DNA of 64,000 bases from Octopus sinensis (Eukaryota). Below the pieces are notes generated by a model that worked only from the letters and a program-made list of their open reading frames with translations, was not told where the DNA came from and searched no databases. Every line of letters starts with the position of its first letter. Within the stretch, counting starts at the first letter, position 1. Location of the stretch: positions 19,158,001 through 19,222,000 of the forward strand of contig NC_043001.1 in assembly GCF_006345805.1 (NCBI RefSeq), in the 5' to 3' direction. Position numbers and translations under genes: made by a program. Of this stretch, positions 23,150 to 35,600 are shown piece by piece.

Positions 23150-24880
23150 TTTATTTATTTCAATATGTGTTGCCAATAAAAAAAGAGCCGGTTTCTCGCT
23201 TAGATTCAAGTCTCCTTCATTGGAATTTCAACATTTGCAAAAGGGTAGTTTTGTATGTATGTATGTACAGATTTGTATGTTTTATGTATGCATTATCGTG
23301 CATATAGTTGCGTATCTAGACATGCTCATATATATTTAAATGATAGACTTCTGGAATGTTTTACAGATTTTTACAGTTCCAGTGATGGATTGGATTTGTA
23401 GTTTTCGAATTCGCTTTCTCCTTTCTGGTTTTGAGAAACCTAGTTTCTCAAGATTGTATTTAGGCAGTATGTTACGTATCCCAGGCCCCCAATAATTACA
23501 GCTAATAAACCTGAACTTGCAATCTGGATAGAGTAACTGCAGATTTCTCAATAGTTCAGAATAGGTGTTCTCTTTGTCACTGATCTTCAGCTTTATGTTA
23601 ACACCCGTCGGGCAGCTTATTTCCACAATTGTGCACAGTTTCTTTTCTCCCTCCCAAATTATTATATCAGGTCTGTTGTGCTTTCATTTCATTGACGACT
23701 TCCCTGGGACATTTCACCAGTTTTCCTTTTTATTATGAGTGGCTAAGGCTTCTACCATATTGTGGGTTTTTATTTCCTTATCCTCGGGATTATCCTTCCG
23801 ACAGATTTCATTTTAGAGTGTCCTAGCTACAACATCATTTCGGGTAACTGCTAATGATGTGGATGATATCTTCAGTGTGAACTCCATAAAGTCTACATTA
23901 GTTGTCACAATTTACGGCTGTACCCCTTTAGTGCATGAGGTACTTGGCTGATATTTCCTGTTCCTCGATTGCAAACGCCTACACTGTAAAGTGGGAGGTA
24001 GTAATCCGGCTATTGGTCCATGATAAGTTGCTTTTACTATCATCACGGAGCTTTCTGCTAACATATCCATGCATAGCTTTCTGCTCATATAGGCTCATCC
24101 TTTCATCTGATGAAACAGTCGTGCGACTTCCTTGGGGATGTATTCTAGTTTATCAGACAAAGGATGTTGTTCAAGGAGCTGCCTTCCAGGTCTTATGATG
24201 TTATTAGCCTCTTGTATGCAAACTTGATCAAGGGATGCACTTCGACATTTGGTGGTTAAAAGATGTTGCCGAAGGGATATGATGCGACATTCAAAGTCAT
24301 TTTGGATTGATGTTAAGCCTCTGCCGCCTTGTTTTCGTTTTAGGTAGAAGTGGGTGCTCTACGTCACTGTTTATGTGGAAATTATGTGTGCTTGTTAGTA
24401 TTTATCGGGTTTCCACATCCATGGCTTGAATCTCATCAAGCGTCCAATCAAGCAGCCCAAATGTTGGTATGAGTACTGACACAGCACATTGTGGGCCATT
24501 GTTTTATTGAATGTAGGGAGTTTTGAGGTCCAAATTTTGTTTATTCGGCTGTAATGTTCTTTAGTGACACGTTTTTTGTTATAGGTACCATTGTAAGATA
24601 TATTTTCATCCACCCTATTATACCTGTAATATTCCTCGTCTGATATAGGGGAAACAGTCAAATCATTGATGGAGATGTTACTAGTCTGGTTTATAGTTTT
24701 CCTCCTTTTCACAACAATATAACAACATTTATCCTGATCAAACTCCATCCCTACATCCTTTGAGAATGTTGCAACTAGTTCAAGGCTCTTTTACATCTCA
24801 TGCATATTCTTTGCATAAAGTTTTAACTCATCCACAAAGAAACAGTGTGTAATTGTGATATTTCGGTTTCCTAGTGAACC
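23150..24880 (-). mobile_element. R4/Dong-like non-LTR retrotransposon, 5'-truncated and decayed
   Basis: HCFFVDELKLY, GMEFDQDKC and KEHYSRINKIWTSKL, with an RLE-type C-terminus (EISCPTGVNIKLKISDKENTYSEL...GTVKICKTF). Confidence 0.8.
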
Positions 24881-25074
24881 GGGAAATATCCTTCAGACTT
24901 CCTTAACATGAATGACAAGGGGGGCGGTTATGTTGGCGGGTGGTGTGTAATGTGTTTGTGGGGGTGGGGATCTGTGTATATGTGAGTGTATAATTTGTGT
25001 GAAGAGGGAAAGAGTGACAGAGAAAGAAACCACTTTCTCTCTTTCTCCTGATAGATGTCGACACTGAACTAACA

Positions 25075-25560
25075 GGGTGTTGTCACACCTTTTACCCAAA
25101 GAAAGAGTAACCTTCGAGGTTTACCTTCGAAGATTTGAACAAATTTTTGAAAAACAATGTCAGGACTGGATGGAGGAAATGAAAACGCGTCTAGTCTTAG
25201 GCAAACTAGCGACAGCGGAGCATGAGAAGTATAGTAACTTCATATTGCCAAAAAAATTAAAAAAAAGAAAAGAAAAAAATCGTCCGACATAAGTTTCACC
25301 GATGCAGTTGACATTTTGTGCAAAATGTTTAGTGCAAAGAGCTTTAATACTAGATGGAAACGTTTAAACATAGAAAAGAACGGAGATAAAGTCTTCACTA
25401 CTTACACAGGCAGAGTCAAGAAAGAATGTAATATTTAGACTGGATGTGCTTACCCCAAATTCTTTCAAGTGTTTGATTTTTGCAAAAGGATTGAGAGATA
25501 AAAGGGATGCAGAAATCCGAACGAAAATTCTAGCAAAACTGGAAACTAAATATTTAGATA
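25075..25560 (+). mobile_element. Ty3/gypsy gag fragment
   Basis: TFEVYLRRFEQIF...KTRLVLGKLATAEHEKYSNFILPK and FKCLIFAKGL...EIRTKILAKLE, frameshifted. Confidence 0.75.
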
Positions 25561-28500
25561 GAAGCAATAATAATGACAATAACAACAATAGTAAGAATAA
25601 AAATAACAAACCCCATAACCACCCCAAACCTAGTAATGGTAACACTCACAACCATTATAACCCTATCAATCATATTACACCTAACACCAATCCATTAGTA
25701 AGTAATTGTTCCCCACAACACAACCTATGCGACTCTAGAAATAACGATAATTGCGCTCTTGGAAATTCTTGTAAAAGAAAAGATGTAAATTACCAGTGCA
25801 TAATCACAACAGTTTAGTAAAACGATATATATAGGAGCTACCCAAAATGAAATGAAACGAAGACTAGCCGCACACCAACACACTTACAGAAAGAGAGATG
25901 AGATTACTCGACCGGATTAAGTAAATATATTTGGGAGCCTAAAGATAACTATATTAGATTTGTTTTAGAATGGAAATTCCTTGCCTCTGCACCTTCGTAC
26001 AATGTAAAATATAAGAAATGTCATATGTGCATCAGTGTAAAATTTTTCATATTAGGGGCCCGACATCCATTACTTTGAGAGAAATAAGCTTGCCTGCACA
26101 AAAGTAAGTTTACCTTCTCTAAATATAAATATCATTAGGAACCCTTTTGCATCATTCCACAAGTAGCGCACTGAGCTCTTCACCATAGAAATAGTAGAAT
26201 TTGATAATAAATGACTGCATATATTAACTTCCAATTAAAGCTAGTTTAATAGTATTACACACCTAGGTCTCTTATAGGTAATCCAGCATTAATATTCCTA
26301 CACCAACATATCCGAGTTTAAAATTCCACCTCCCACACATCTATATATATAAAACTCAACAGGTGTTCTGTGTGTGTATCTGTATGTGCGTCTGTTTGTT
26401 TAACTTCCCGGCACTTCTGAACTGCGCTATTTTTGTTCCGAAATTCATCTCACAAGTGCAAAAATCGATAATTTGTTTGTTTAGGCCTTATCCCATGCAT
26501 TGAATAGTGAACTTTACTCAGTCAACTGTTTGACGTGAACTGTGTTCACCACGCGTGCAAGCATGCGTAAATTGCATGAAAGATAAAAAATCAAGATATA
26601 AAAACCAATCGCCGTAAACATTGTAGAAATTCGGCAAAGAAATGAATTTTCGGGATGTAGACTGAAGGGTTTTTTTGTATTAATCGTTTGGACTTTGTGA
26701 ACACATACCAATTGTTTTCATACATTTTTAACGCTTTGAATTAAATGTGACCATTTTGCGTTGAGTCTGCAGTTAGAATCACTTTAACCAAATTTTAGCA
26801 GGTCGGATTTTTGATCATCACGATACATCGCCAGCGACTCCATGAAACTCTTCCCTGAAATCCCCGTTGATAAATACTGATCTAAAACAATAATTCAGCA
26901 ATGCAATTACTTGATCATCAAAAATTTATGAAACGCTTCTACGTACTTCATATTGAGGAAATGGAACATATAAGCGCAAAAATAGAGGGCATTAAATGCT
27001 TGATTTTAAAACCAAAATGATTGAATTTTGATTGAACTTCATCCAAGTTTAGCTTAATTCGCGCGTGCATAGAACGCACGAGCGCACGTGCCGGGCAATA
27101 CTGCTAGTAATAACTAAATTAAATAATATATAATAAAATGATATAATACATTTATCAATTTATCTTTCTTTAGAATAACCTTCTCACCCCGTTTTAATAA
27201 TACCAGTTCTTTTAACTATGGGACTAGTTTAGAATATAGAGGGCATAAGTACCCATTCCCCCAACAATACTCCCCCCATAAATTGAGCCTGGACCTTAGC
27301 AATGGCTTTATTTGCCACAAACTTTACATTCCACACCGTGTGTTAAATTCTATAACTTTTCATTCTGGACTTAATTTCAGTCAACATGAGACTACTTCCA
27401 TTTATTGGTAACCTCCTATTAGATTTACTCACTTCAGAAACCCGCAACTCGTATAACAAAATTTAACACTTTAATATTAACTTCACACCTCTTTAGATTG
27501 TATTTGCTCGTACTTTGTATTGTGCTTGGCACTTTCCTATGAACTATTATTGTTCTGAGGCATATTAATGCATGCAGGGAAGTGCAATTGTGGTAGCCCC
27601 AATATGTAAGCACCCAAGCAAGGGTTGAGATATCGACAATGTTAGTAATAATAATAATAATATAATAATATATATTAAGTATGGCTGAGTTAACTGTCGT
27701 ATGAGCCTGCATCTGCAACAATAATAGTAATTAACATGTAATTGAATTGTAATCATTTAATTAATTTGGGGGTTTGTACTTATACTTATCCATAGGACGA
27801 CTTGGATGAACGTTAATGTTTGTTTGTCTACTAAGCCCACTACTTAGGTACTTAGGTTCAGAAGTTAGTCTGTGTATTATAATTCTCTAAATGTTAGTCA
27901 CTGCCCTGGCCATTACCTCTCCTTAACTGTAGACTCCCCTTCATCGTAGTTTCACCTTTATCCCCCTCCCTATTCCGTTTCCAACTAATTAATTTCTTTT
28001 CTTTGTGTACTAATTTCTCACTCCTATTTTACAAAGCATTTGTCCAATTCCTTCCCCACAACCGCCTTAATTCACACTTGTCCAAATAGGGACCTCTCTA
28101 GGTTTAATAACACTCCGGGCGTTGTTCTTCGCACGGTGCTTATTTACATATTTGTTTGTTTTTCATTTACAACGTTCTAAGCGGTTTGGGGGCCACTTAC
28201 AACATATACTACTTCTCCATACATTTATCTATTTTTATTTATTTACATCTACCCGTTTAACGTTCTTAATAGCTTGACCATTATTTTAAAATTTAAATGA
28301 CCAATTATATCGAAAGCTGGACTTTGTTCAATCACATTACGGGCAATAGATGGTTGGTCTTACAACATATCAGTATGTAAATAATTGTAATTAACTGAGG
28401 GGTATTTTATTAGGATATTTTTCTTCACTCCGATGAAGCTCCATGTTCCAGATAGGATGTGTTACCAAATATGATGAATATTATTTTCAGAATTTCCAAT

Positions 28501-28600
28501 GGCAATACCGTGGAACATCGGAAGCAGGAACAACTGTTAGACGAGATAAAGTCTATTTGTATTAAAAGGTAATAATCGATGTTGGTCAGTTGTTATTGAT
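25560..28600 (+). mobile_element. Second Naiad-type PLE 3' part (Asn-rich linker, GIY-YIG, 3' UTR/pLTR), decayed
   Basis: C..C.LG.SC...VNYQC, YIGATQNEMKRRLAAH, GLSKYIW, EWKFL and KCHMC. A degenerate hammerhead-like structure lies at ~28430-28540. The 3' limit is approximate. Confidence 0.75.
26340..27107 (+). mobile_element. Non-autonomous Helitron-like element
   Basis: A|TCtatatatataaaac ... gtgccgggcaatactgCTAG|T. Confidence 0.8.
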
Positions 28601-28643
28601 CAATATTTCTCCATTTTCCGTTTACTTCACTCACACACACACA

Positions 28644-28726
<83 letters not shown>

Positions 28727-28839
28727 ATATATATATATACATTTTTTTCTCGCCTTGTTTTTTCTGTGTCCCTTTCTATAGAAGAGCGTAGGCTCGAAAC
28801 GTAAAAGACTTTTCCTATTCCTGAGCGTTATACTAATAC

Positions 28840-30000
28840 ATCTGTTTGTTTTGTACACCACCTGTCTTCGTCTTTTGTTTTTTCCGTAAACTCTCCCTAT
28901 ATATTATATATATATATATATATATACAACTTACATACATATACACAACATGCAAGCATACATAATTATATTCGCCCCTATATGCATATATACATACTTG
29001 TAAACATATACTTATATACAGAGAGAGAGAGAGTGAGAGTGTGTGTTTGTATATGTATGTGTTTTTGCATGTGCATATATGTGTAAGCGTATGTGTATGT
29101 ATGTGTGTATGCATCACTTACAGTCGGGTATTGAACTAAGAAGAAGTTGAGTAATTCAATGTACTGATATAGATTACATAACTTACATTTAATTTCGATG
29201 TAGCATGGTGCACACTCATCATCATTCCTTTGTTGATCATCATCAGTCTGCTGTTGTGTCTGACCATGGCGTTTGTTCCTTTTTCCTCTTGAACCTGAAA
29301 TGTAAGATTATTGTTCTCTGTTGACTCTAACGTGATAGGATAATACTTTATATTGTAGAATACAATAATTATACATAAAATAAAATATAGACCAATAAGC
29401 ATGGTGCGCAAACTAGTTTAGTCTAAGCTTTCACTATTAGACCTGCTGTTTCCACCATCTGTCTTTCTATCGCTCCTCCGTAACCTCTTAGTTACACACA
29501 TGCATTGCTGACTGGCTGTCATGGCTTGTCTCATGTTATTCTGCCTATTAAAACCTCTCTAATTCATTTATATCTACTCTCCCACTCGCCATCGAAGAAA
29601 AACAATCAAACCCCAATAATTATTCAAATGTATGTTCGGCAATACCACCAGGAAACTATTCTCTCTGCTGTGGTAAGTAACAATAACTGACGGACTGTTG
29701 CGTAGCGTTGTGGGTCACCGGACAAATCAATGCACAGGACTCTGTCGTATTATTTATTTCACAGTAAATTACAATATTTATAGATAAGAAGTAGGCCCCT
29801 AGACCTGTTAGGCCCCAGGGCAGCTGCCCAGTGTACCTATGCTTTGAGATGGAGCTGGTTATATTGACCAATTGACCAGTCATTTCTATTAACATCTCGA
29901 ATATTGCATTGTGGAAGAGAGCATTGAAAATCATCTAGAGTATATATATGCGTATAAAATTTATGATTTACTTCATCGCTATTCATGTTCCTTCCACGAT
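28840..30000. repeat. Direct duplication unit 1 (pairs with 32322-33530)
   Basis: Shared blocks in the same order: 28841~32322, 29110~32563 and 29755-29960~33305-33500. The middles are diverged. Confidence 0.85.
29187..29294 (-). CDS. Candidate symmetric phase-1 exon (108 nt) upstream of paralogue B
   Basis: ttacatttcag| ... t|gtaagt. Open frame SRGKRNKRHGQTQQQTDDDQQRNDDECAPCYIEIK, with phase matching the acceptor at 22310. Confidence 0.55.
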
Positions 30001-30007
30001 TCAATAT

Positions 30008-30087
<80 letters not shown>

Positions 30088-30089
<2 letters not shown>

Positions 30090-30244
30090 CGTAGGAGTGG
30101 CTGTGTGGTAAGTAGCTTGCTTACCAACCACATGGTTCCGGGTTCAGTCCGTGGCACACCTTCGACAAGTGTCTTCTACTATAGCCTCGGGCTGACTAAA
30201 GCCTTGTGAGTGGTTTGGTAGACGGAAACTGAAAGAAGCCCGTC

Positions 30245-30246
<2 letters not shown>
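30088..30246 (+). mobile_element. tRNA-derived SINE
   Basis: Head ggagtggctgtgtggtaag...ggttcagtcc, flanked by (TA)n. Related copies at ~38350-38510, 47880-48035 and 63805-63965. Confidence 0.8.
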
Positions 30247-30326
<80 letters not shown>

Positions 30327-31094
30327 ATATGTATACATATATATGTGTGTGTGTGGTGTGTGTGTGTATGTGTATCTATGTTTGTTCCTCCAAAATCGCT
30401 GGTGCGTTTACGACCCGGTAACTTAGTGGTTCGGCAAAAGAGACCGATAGAATAAGGACTAGGCTTACAATAAGTCCTGGGGTCGATTTGCTCGACTCTT
30501 TGAACACATGACCATGCCAAGTCGATTTATGTCTTTTCCATTTAACCCTCTTAACCTCTTCTATGCAACCAAAAGCTTAGAATAGATAAGAATCACCTAC
30601 AACAGTTTCCCGCCATTGTTCTCGGAGATATGTCTCTCTTTCTCACTGCTTTGCGATAATTATAAATACTAAAATCCCGCAAGGGTGAGTTAGTTGGTGA
30701 AACGAAACGACCTCGACCTGAGACTTTCACTGGCTCGCTTTTTCTCTGACAAGTGAAATTCTTTATCTCTCTCTCCGCTGCTACTTAAACGACAGGCAGA
30801 ATGATAGCATCATTTTGTCTTCCTTTTCCATTCGTTGTTGCTCTGTCTTTCTCTTTGACTTACTGCTCATATCGGCCAAAACAGTAAACAACAACACAAG
30901 AAGATAAAAAGAGTGACCTCTTTCTTATTTCAATCGGCATATCGCGAATTTGGAATAAACTACCATTTGTCGACTTCGATCTCTAAAATTGGATTTCAGC
31001 CAATAAGGATTGTGTAAATCCGGATATTATAACAATTCTGTGCTTTCGGACTCAAATCTGTTTGTAACAGCTCTGCGCTCTGGCGGCTTTGTGC

Positions 31095-31525
31095 CGTGAC
31101 CTGAAATATATTTATTTCTTTATTGTCCACAAGGGGTAAACATAGAGGAGACAAACAAGGATAGACAAAGGGGATTAAGTCGATTACATCGACCCTAGTG
31201 CGTAACAGGTACTTATTTAATCGACCCCGAAAGGATGAAAGGTAAAGTCTGACTCGGCGGAATTTGAACTCAGAATGTAACGGCAGACGAAATACCCATT
31301 TCTTTACTACCCACAAGGGGCTAAACACAGAGGGGACAAACAAGGACAGACACAGAGATTAAGTCGATTACATCGACCCCAGTGCGTAACTGGTACTTAA
31401 TTTATCGACCCCGAAAGGATGAAAGGCAAAGTCGAGTCGGCGGAATTTGAACTCAGAACGTAACGGCAGACGAAATACGGCTACGCATTTCGCCCGGCGT
31501 GCTAACGATTCTGCCAGCTCGCCGC
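31095..31525 (-). mobile_element. Two tandem tRNA-derived SINE copies
   Basis: Head ggcggcgagctggcagaatcgttagcacg...gagttcaaattccgcc. Same family at 42790-43400 (+). Confidence 0.8.
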
Positions 31526-31911
31526 CTTATATTCCGTGAACTGGAATATACTATAACAGCTTCGCGGTGTTACAATGTGAGTTTTGACATGTCATTCTCA
31601 ATACATAATTGGATTATACGGGCCCTGTTGTTATTCGTTGATTCTCTTGTCTTATCCGTAACAGAATATATACACCCTGCATGGTTTTCGATTAAGTAGA
31701 AACCGCCTGACACAGCAATTACAACTGCTAAACAAATCAAGTTTAGATGTGTTATATACCTGCCCGCTTCGCAAAACCTTTCATAAAGTTGACCATAAAT
31801 AAAAACATTTGAAAAATACTCTCAAATATAAATTGCAGAACTTTATATATGTTTTCTTTCGGGTGAGCGTTCTGTGTCTAGTTCTGGAAATTGTGTTTTG
31901 TAAGCGACAGA

Positions 31912-31977
31912 CTACGCTGATGAGCTTGCAGACATTTACACTCGTAAATATTAACAAGTGAAGCCATTGGCACGTAG
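31912..31977 (+). ncRNA. Hammerhead-fold RNA with variant core (G15.1-C16.1), in a probable PLE 3' remnant
   Basis: ctacg-CTGATGA-gcttg...caagt-GAAGC-cattg-GCA-cgtag. Stems I, II and III all pair. Confidence 0.65.
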
Positions 31978-32132
31978 GTAATCGTTATTTATTTCGTACA
32001 TTTTCATTTGTCTTGCTCATTTTTACATTCTGGCGTTTTGCTGAAATATTTCTTGGGAACATACTCTTCGTGGTAAGGCACTTTGACGTCTATATTTAGC
32101 ATATTAGGAGTCCATCATTGTGGCCATTCGTC

Positions 32133-32187
<55 letters not shown>

Positions 32188-32190
<3 letters not shown>

Positions 32191-32320
32191 GGTCCGGGTT
32201 GAGTCGGGGTTAACCACAGTAAATAAGGTACTCAATACATAGCAGAGTAAATTAATTTATTTTATTGAAGGAGCTTCTATAGGACTAGAACTGTTTCATT
32301 CAAATGAAATCATCAGGAAG
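32188..32320 (-). mobile_element. PLE-pLTR-like fragment with CTGATGA/GAAAC/GTC core
   Basis: Same family as 52914-53049 and adjacent to (TA)n. Stem I is non-canonical. Confidence 0.45.
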
Positions 32321-32321
32321 C

Positions 32322-32377
32322 TGTTTGTTTTGTATACCACCTGTCTTCGTCTTTTGTTTTTTTCGTGAACTCTCCCC

Positions 32378-32454
<77 letters not shown>

Positions 32455-33039
32455 TGTGTGTGTATTTATATGCATATATACACATCAGAAGAGAGAGAGA
32501 GAAGAAGCGAGAGAGAATGTATATGTATGCGTATGTGTGTGTGCGTGTGTGGGTGCGTGCGTCAGTTACAATCGGCTATTGAACTAGTAAGTAGTTGAAT
32601 AATTCAATGAAATTTTATAGAGTGCAAAACTTACAAAATTTTTTGATGCAGCATAGTGAACATGAATCATTGTTCTCGCTCGGTGGTGAACTATAGCTGA
32701 CACAATCACATGGAGGAAAACGTTTCTCTTTTTTCTTCACTTTGCATTCTTATGTGGTAGGGTAGTACTTTGTATTTTAGAGTACTAAAATATATCATGC
32801 AATAAAAAAGTACACACTTACGCTTCAAAGATGAACTAAAACACAATCTGAAGCGATGCAACATTCCCTTTCCTTCTTGGGGAAACAAAGCATCAGAACG
32901 CAGGACCAGGCGACAGTTTCGCTTCTCCTCAGTTCAAAGACTAGAGTCAAAATTGATTTAGTATTTCGTCATGGTGTTTCGTATTTCATGTTGTTTAAGT
33001 TTTATGACGTCCTGTACCCATATATCCATATATATATCC

Positions 33040-33096
<57 letters not shown>

Positions 33097-33527
33097 TAAT
33101 ATAGGATAAAATTTTTCGTAAAAAATTGTATCAATGTGTAATTAAAAAATATTAAAAAATACCTTTAAAGGTTAAATTTATAAACCACTTATAAACAAGG
33201 GAAAAGAAAAAAAATATCTAATGCCAAATATGCCGAAACTAGACACATCGTCCATAACCATATAATTCATCTCTATAAGCACGCGTCGAAGAAAGCCGAC
33301 AGAAATTTCACAGTAAATTACAGTATTTATAGATAAGAAGTAGGCCCCTAGACCTGTTGGGCCCCAGGGCAGCTGCCCAGTGTACCTATGCTTTGGGATG
33401 GAACTGGTTATATTCACCAGTCATTTCTATTAACATCTCAAATATTGCATTATGGAAGAGAGCATTGAAATCATCTAGAGTATATATATGTGTATAAAAT
33501 ATATGTTATTCATGTTCCTCCGAGAAC

Positions 33528-33530
<3 letters not shown>
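32322..33530. repeat. Direct duplication unit 2
   Basis: See 28840-30000. Confidence 0.85.
32635..32748 (-). CDS. Candidate symmetric phase-1 Cys-rich exon (114 nt) with an ADAM10-like cysteine pattern
   Basis: cataag| ... t|gtaagt. Reads CKVKKKEKRFPPCDCVSYSSPPSENNDSCSLCCIKKF. Its 3' end and downstream intron are homologous to 29187-29294. The acceptor is weaker (AAG). Confidence 0.55.
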
Positions 33531-33600
<70 letters not shown>

Positions 33601-33604
<4 letters not shown>

Positions 33605-34711
33605 CATTAAACAATCATTTATCTAGTTATAGACTTAAACGTAAGGCGGGTTGCACAACGCTGTCTAGTAAAATTTGGGAATTGAAAGGAAAAAAATATC
33701 GAGTTTAACCTAAAATGGGATATAATAAGAAAGTCACAGCTTTATAAAAATAGTAGAGATGGATGTGAACTTTCTGCTATGGAGACATATGAAATTTTGA
33801 AACATAGGAATAATATAAACTTATTGAATAACCGTTTTGATCTAGAAGAATCCTGCATACATTGTGCCACCCGTACTTTTAAGTATTTTAATTAATAGCA
33901 TTCTGACTATCCCTAAATTTTCATATCTTAATGTTTTGTAACCAAATAAGGAAATAGTATACCATACTAGTTTTTATTTAACCTGTATAGATTAAGAAAT
34001 TTAATAATATAAATAAATTGAATAAAGTGAAATAAAGTCTTTTTAAACTTTTCTATATGGAATTGCATAAATTCCATATATCTAATGAAATTATTAAGTT
34101 CATCTTGATTACCTCCCTTCATTACACTTTAAAATATTTTAAAGCCTCTTGATATATGTGCTAATTGATAAGTTTTTCTTTTCTTTCTCTCTTTCTTTTT
34201 TTACAGGAAATAAATAACATGTCTAGCATATGTCTAGCATACAAATAAATTACTATTTACTAAATAACTATAAATCTTTATTAATAATAATCTGATATAT
34301 ATCATATCTATAAAAGGGAGGATGCATGTGCGTGTGTGTACGTGATTGTAATTTATGCACGTCCACAAATTAGCACGCATGTCGCTCAAATTTTAGGAGG
34401 ACATTTGTCAACATCCTATCTGGATTTTGTCAACTTATTTTTTCCCGAGGCACCCGCGGATAAGGTAAAAATCTATTTTCTACCATAGCTTTTAACCATA
34501 ATAAATATCAGCCATTGCTTTTTGATGGCGTCTAACCAAAAAAAAATAAGATAAAGGATAGTGGAAGAAGGAGGCAGAGAGTTTCGCGGGAAAGGCAAAG
34601 TGAGAGGGGGAGAGAGAGAGAGAGAGAGAGAGAGAGCCATTGCGGAGTCTAAAAAAATATAAGATAAAGAAAAGGGGAAGAAGGAGGCAGAGAGTTTCAC
34701 GGGAAAGACAA

Positions 34712-34749
<38 letters not shown>

Positions 34750-34829
34750 ATTGCGGAGTCTAAAAAAATATAAGATAAAGAAAAGGGGAAGAAGGAGGCA
34801 GAGAGTTTCACGGGAAAGACAAAGTGAGA

Positions 34830-34866
<37 letters not shown>

Positions 34867-35530
34867 AGTTATGACGTTCATAAAAATAAAATGTAAAATG
34901 TCTTGTTTTTTTTGTTTTTGAAAGGCACACTATATTATATAATCATAGTATATATACTTTCTCACACAACAATTACAATATATTTATTTTAAATCATTTA
35001 TTTATTTTAAATCGTTCATCTTTCTCCCCCTCTCTCTCACACACACACATTACTTTGGGAGCGAAAGAGTTTTATTTTTATTTTACGCCGATGTACCTCA
35101 GTGAAATTCCTCATTAAAGGGTTGGATTTACGGCTCTGCCATTTAAACAGCCCCTTCCTCTATCTATAAATAGAAAAATTCTTGATTGTCTCCACTGAAC
35201 TTAAAAGAAAAACCCTATCCCCATTGGTAAATCTAAATAACAAAGTGAACTCAGGGATAAAACATCTGCCCATGAGTTAAGATCTTCTACTACCATATTT
35301 TATTGATGAAATTCACCTCTCTGTCTATATACCTATCCTCTTTGTAATGTTGGCAAATGGAATAAGTATAAAAAATGAACATTGTCAATTTAATTTTAAA
35401 AATTCCATATGTGGCTGATGAGTGCTCTACATTTAAAAACTGATGTAATACTTACATTGTTTAATTAAATGAAGTAGCATGAAACGATTGTACTACACTA
35501 CCTTTGGATATCCTTGTTGCTTATTTTGAT
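33601..35530 (+). mobile_element. 5'-truncated Naiad-type PLE (EN C-terminus, 3' UTR, hammerhead), bounded by (TA)n
   Basis: NHLSSY...TTLSSKIWELK..FNLKWDII...LLNNRFDLEESCIH, homologous to 51440-52360. A ~118-bp x3 GA-rich tandem insert lies at 34535-34865. Confidence 0.85.
35410..35497 (+). ncRNA. Type I hammerhead ribozyme
   Basis: tgtgg-CTGATGA(35415)-gtgct...agcat-GAAAC(35481)-gatt-GTA(35490)-ctaca. Confidence 0.85.

Positions 35531-35600
<70 letters not shown>

Noticed and set aside
22703-23209. 168-aa minus-strand ORF as an upstream exon of paralogue B
   Set aside because: It has a plausible acceptor near 23075 but no recognisable domain and no phase-compatible donor, and the other frames have many stops. 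Left unassigned.
28430-28540. Hammerhead in the second Naiad 3' region
   Set aside because: The long stem II is present, but both core motifs are mutated (CCGATGA, GGAAC). Treated as a dead remnant.
29598-29672. 75-nt plus-strand phase-1 exon candidate (NVCSAIPPGNYSLCC|gtaagt)
   Set aside because: The GAAG acceptor is weak, no partner exons were found, and there is no counterpart in the duplicated unit.
29755-29960. Well-conserved block between the tandem units as a coding exon
   Set aside because: Indels break frame between the copies, and the gggcagctgccc..gggccc sequence looks like a hAT-type MITE end.
32822-32940. Possible disintegrin-like exon (NCRL..G.ECC...C) with good splice sites
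   Set aside because: At 119 nt it has a stop in every frame, and the motif needs a frameshift. At best it is a decayed exon.
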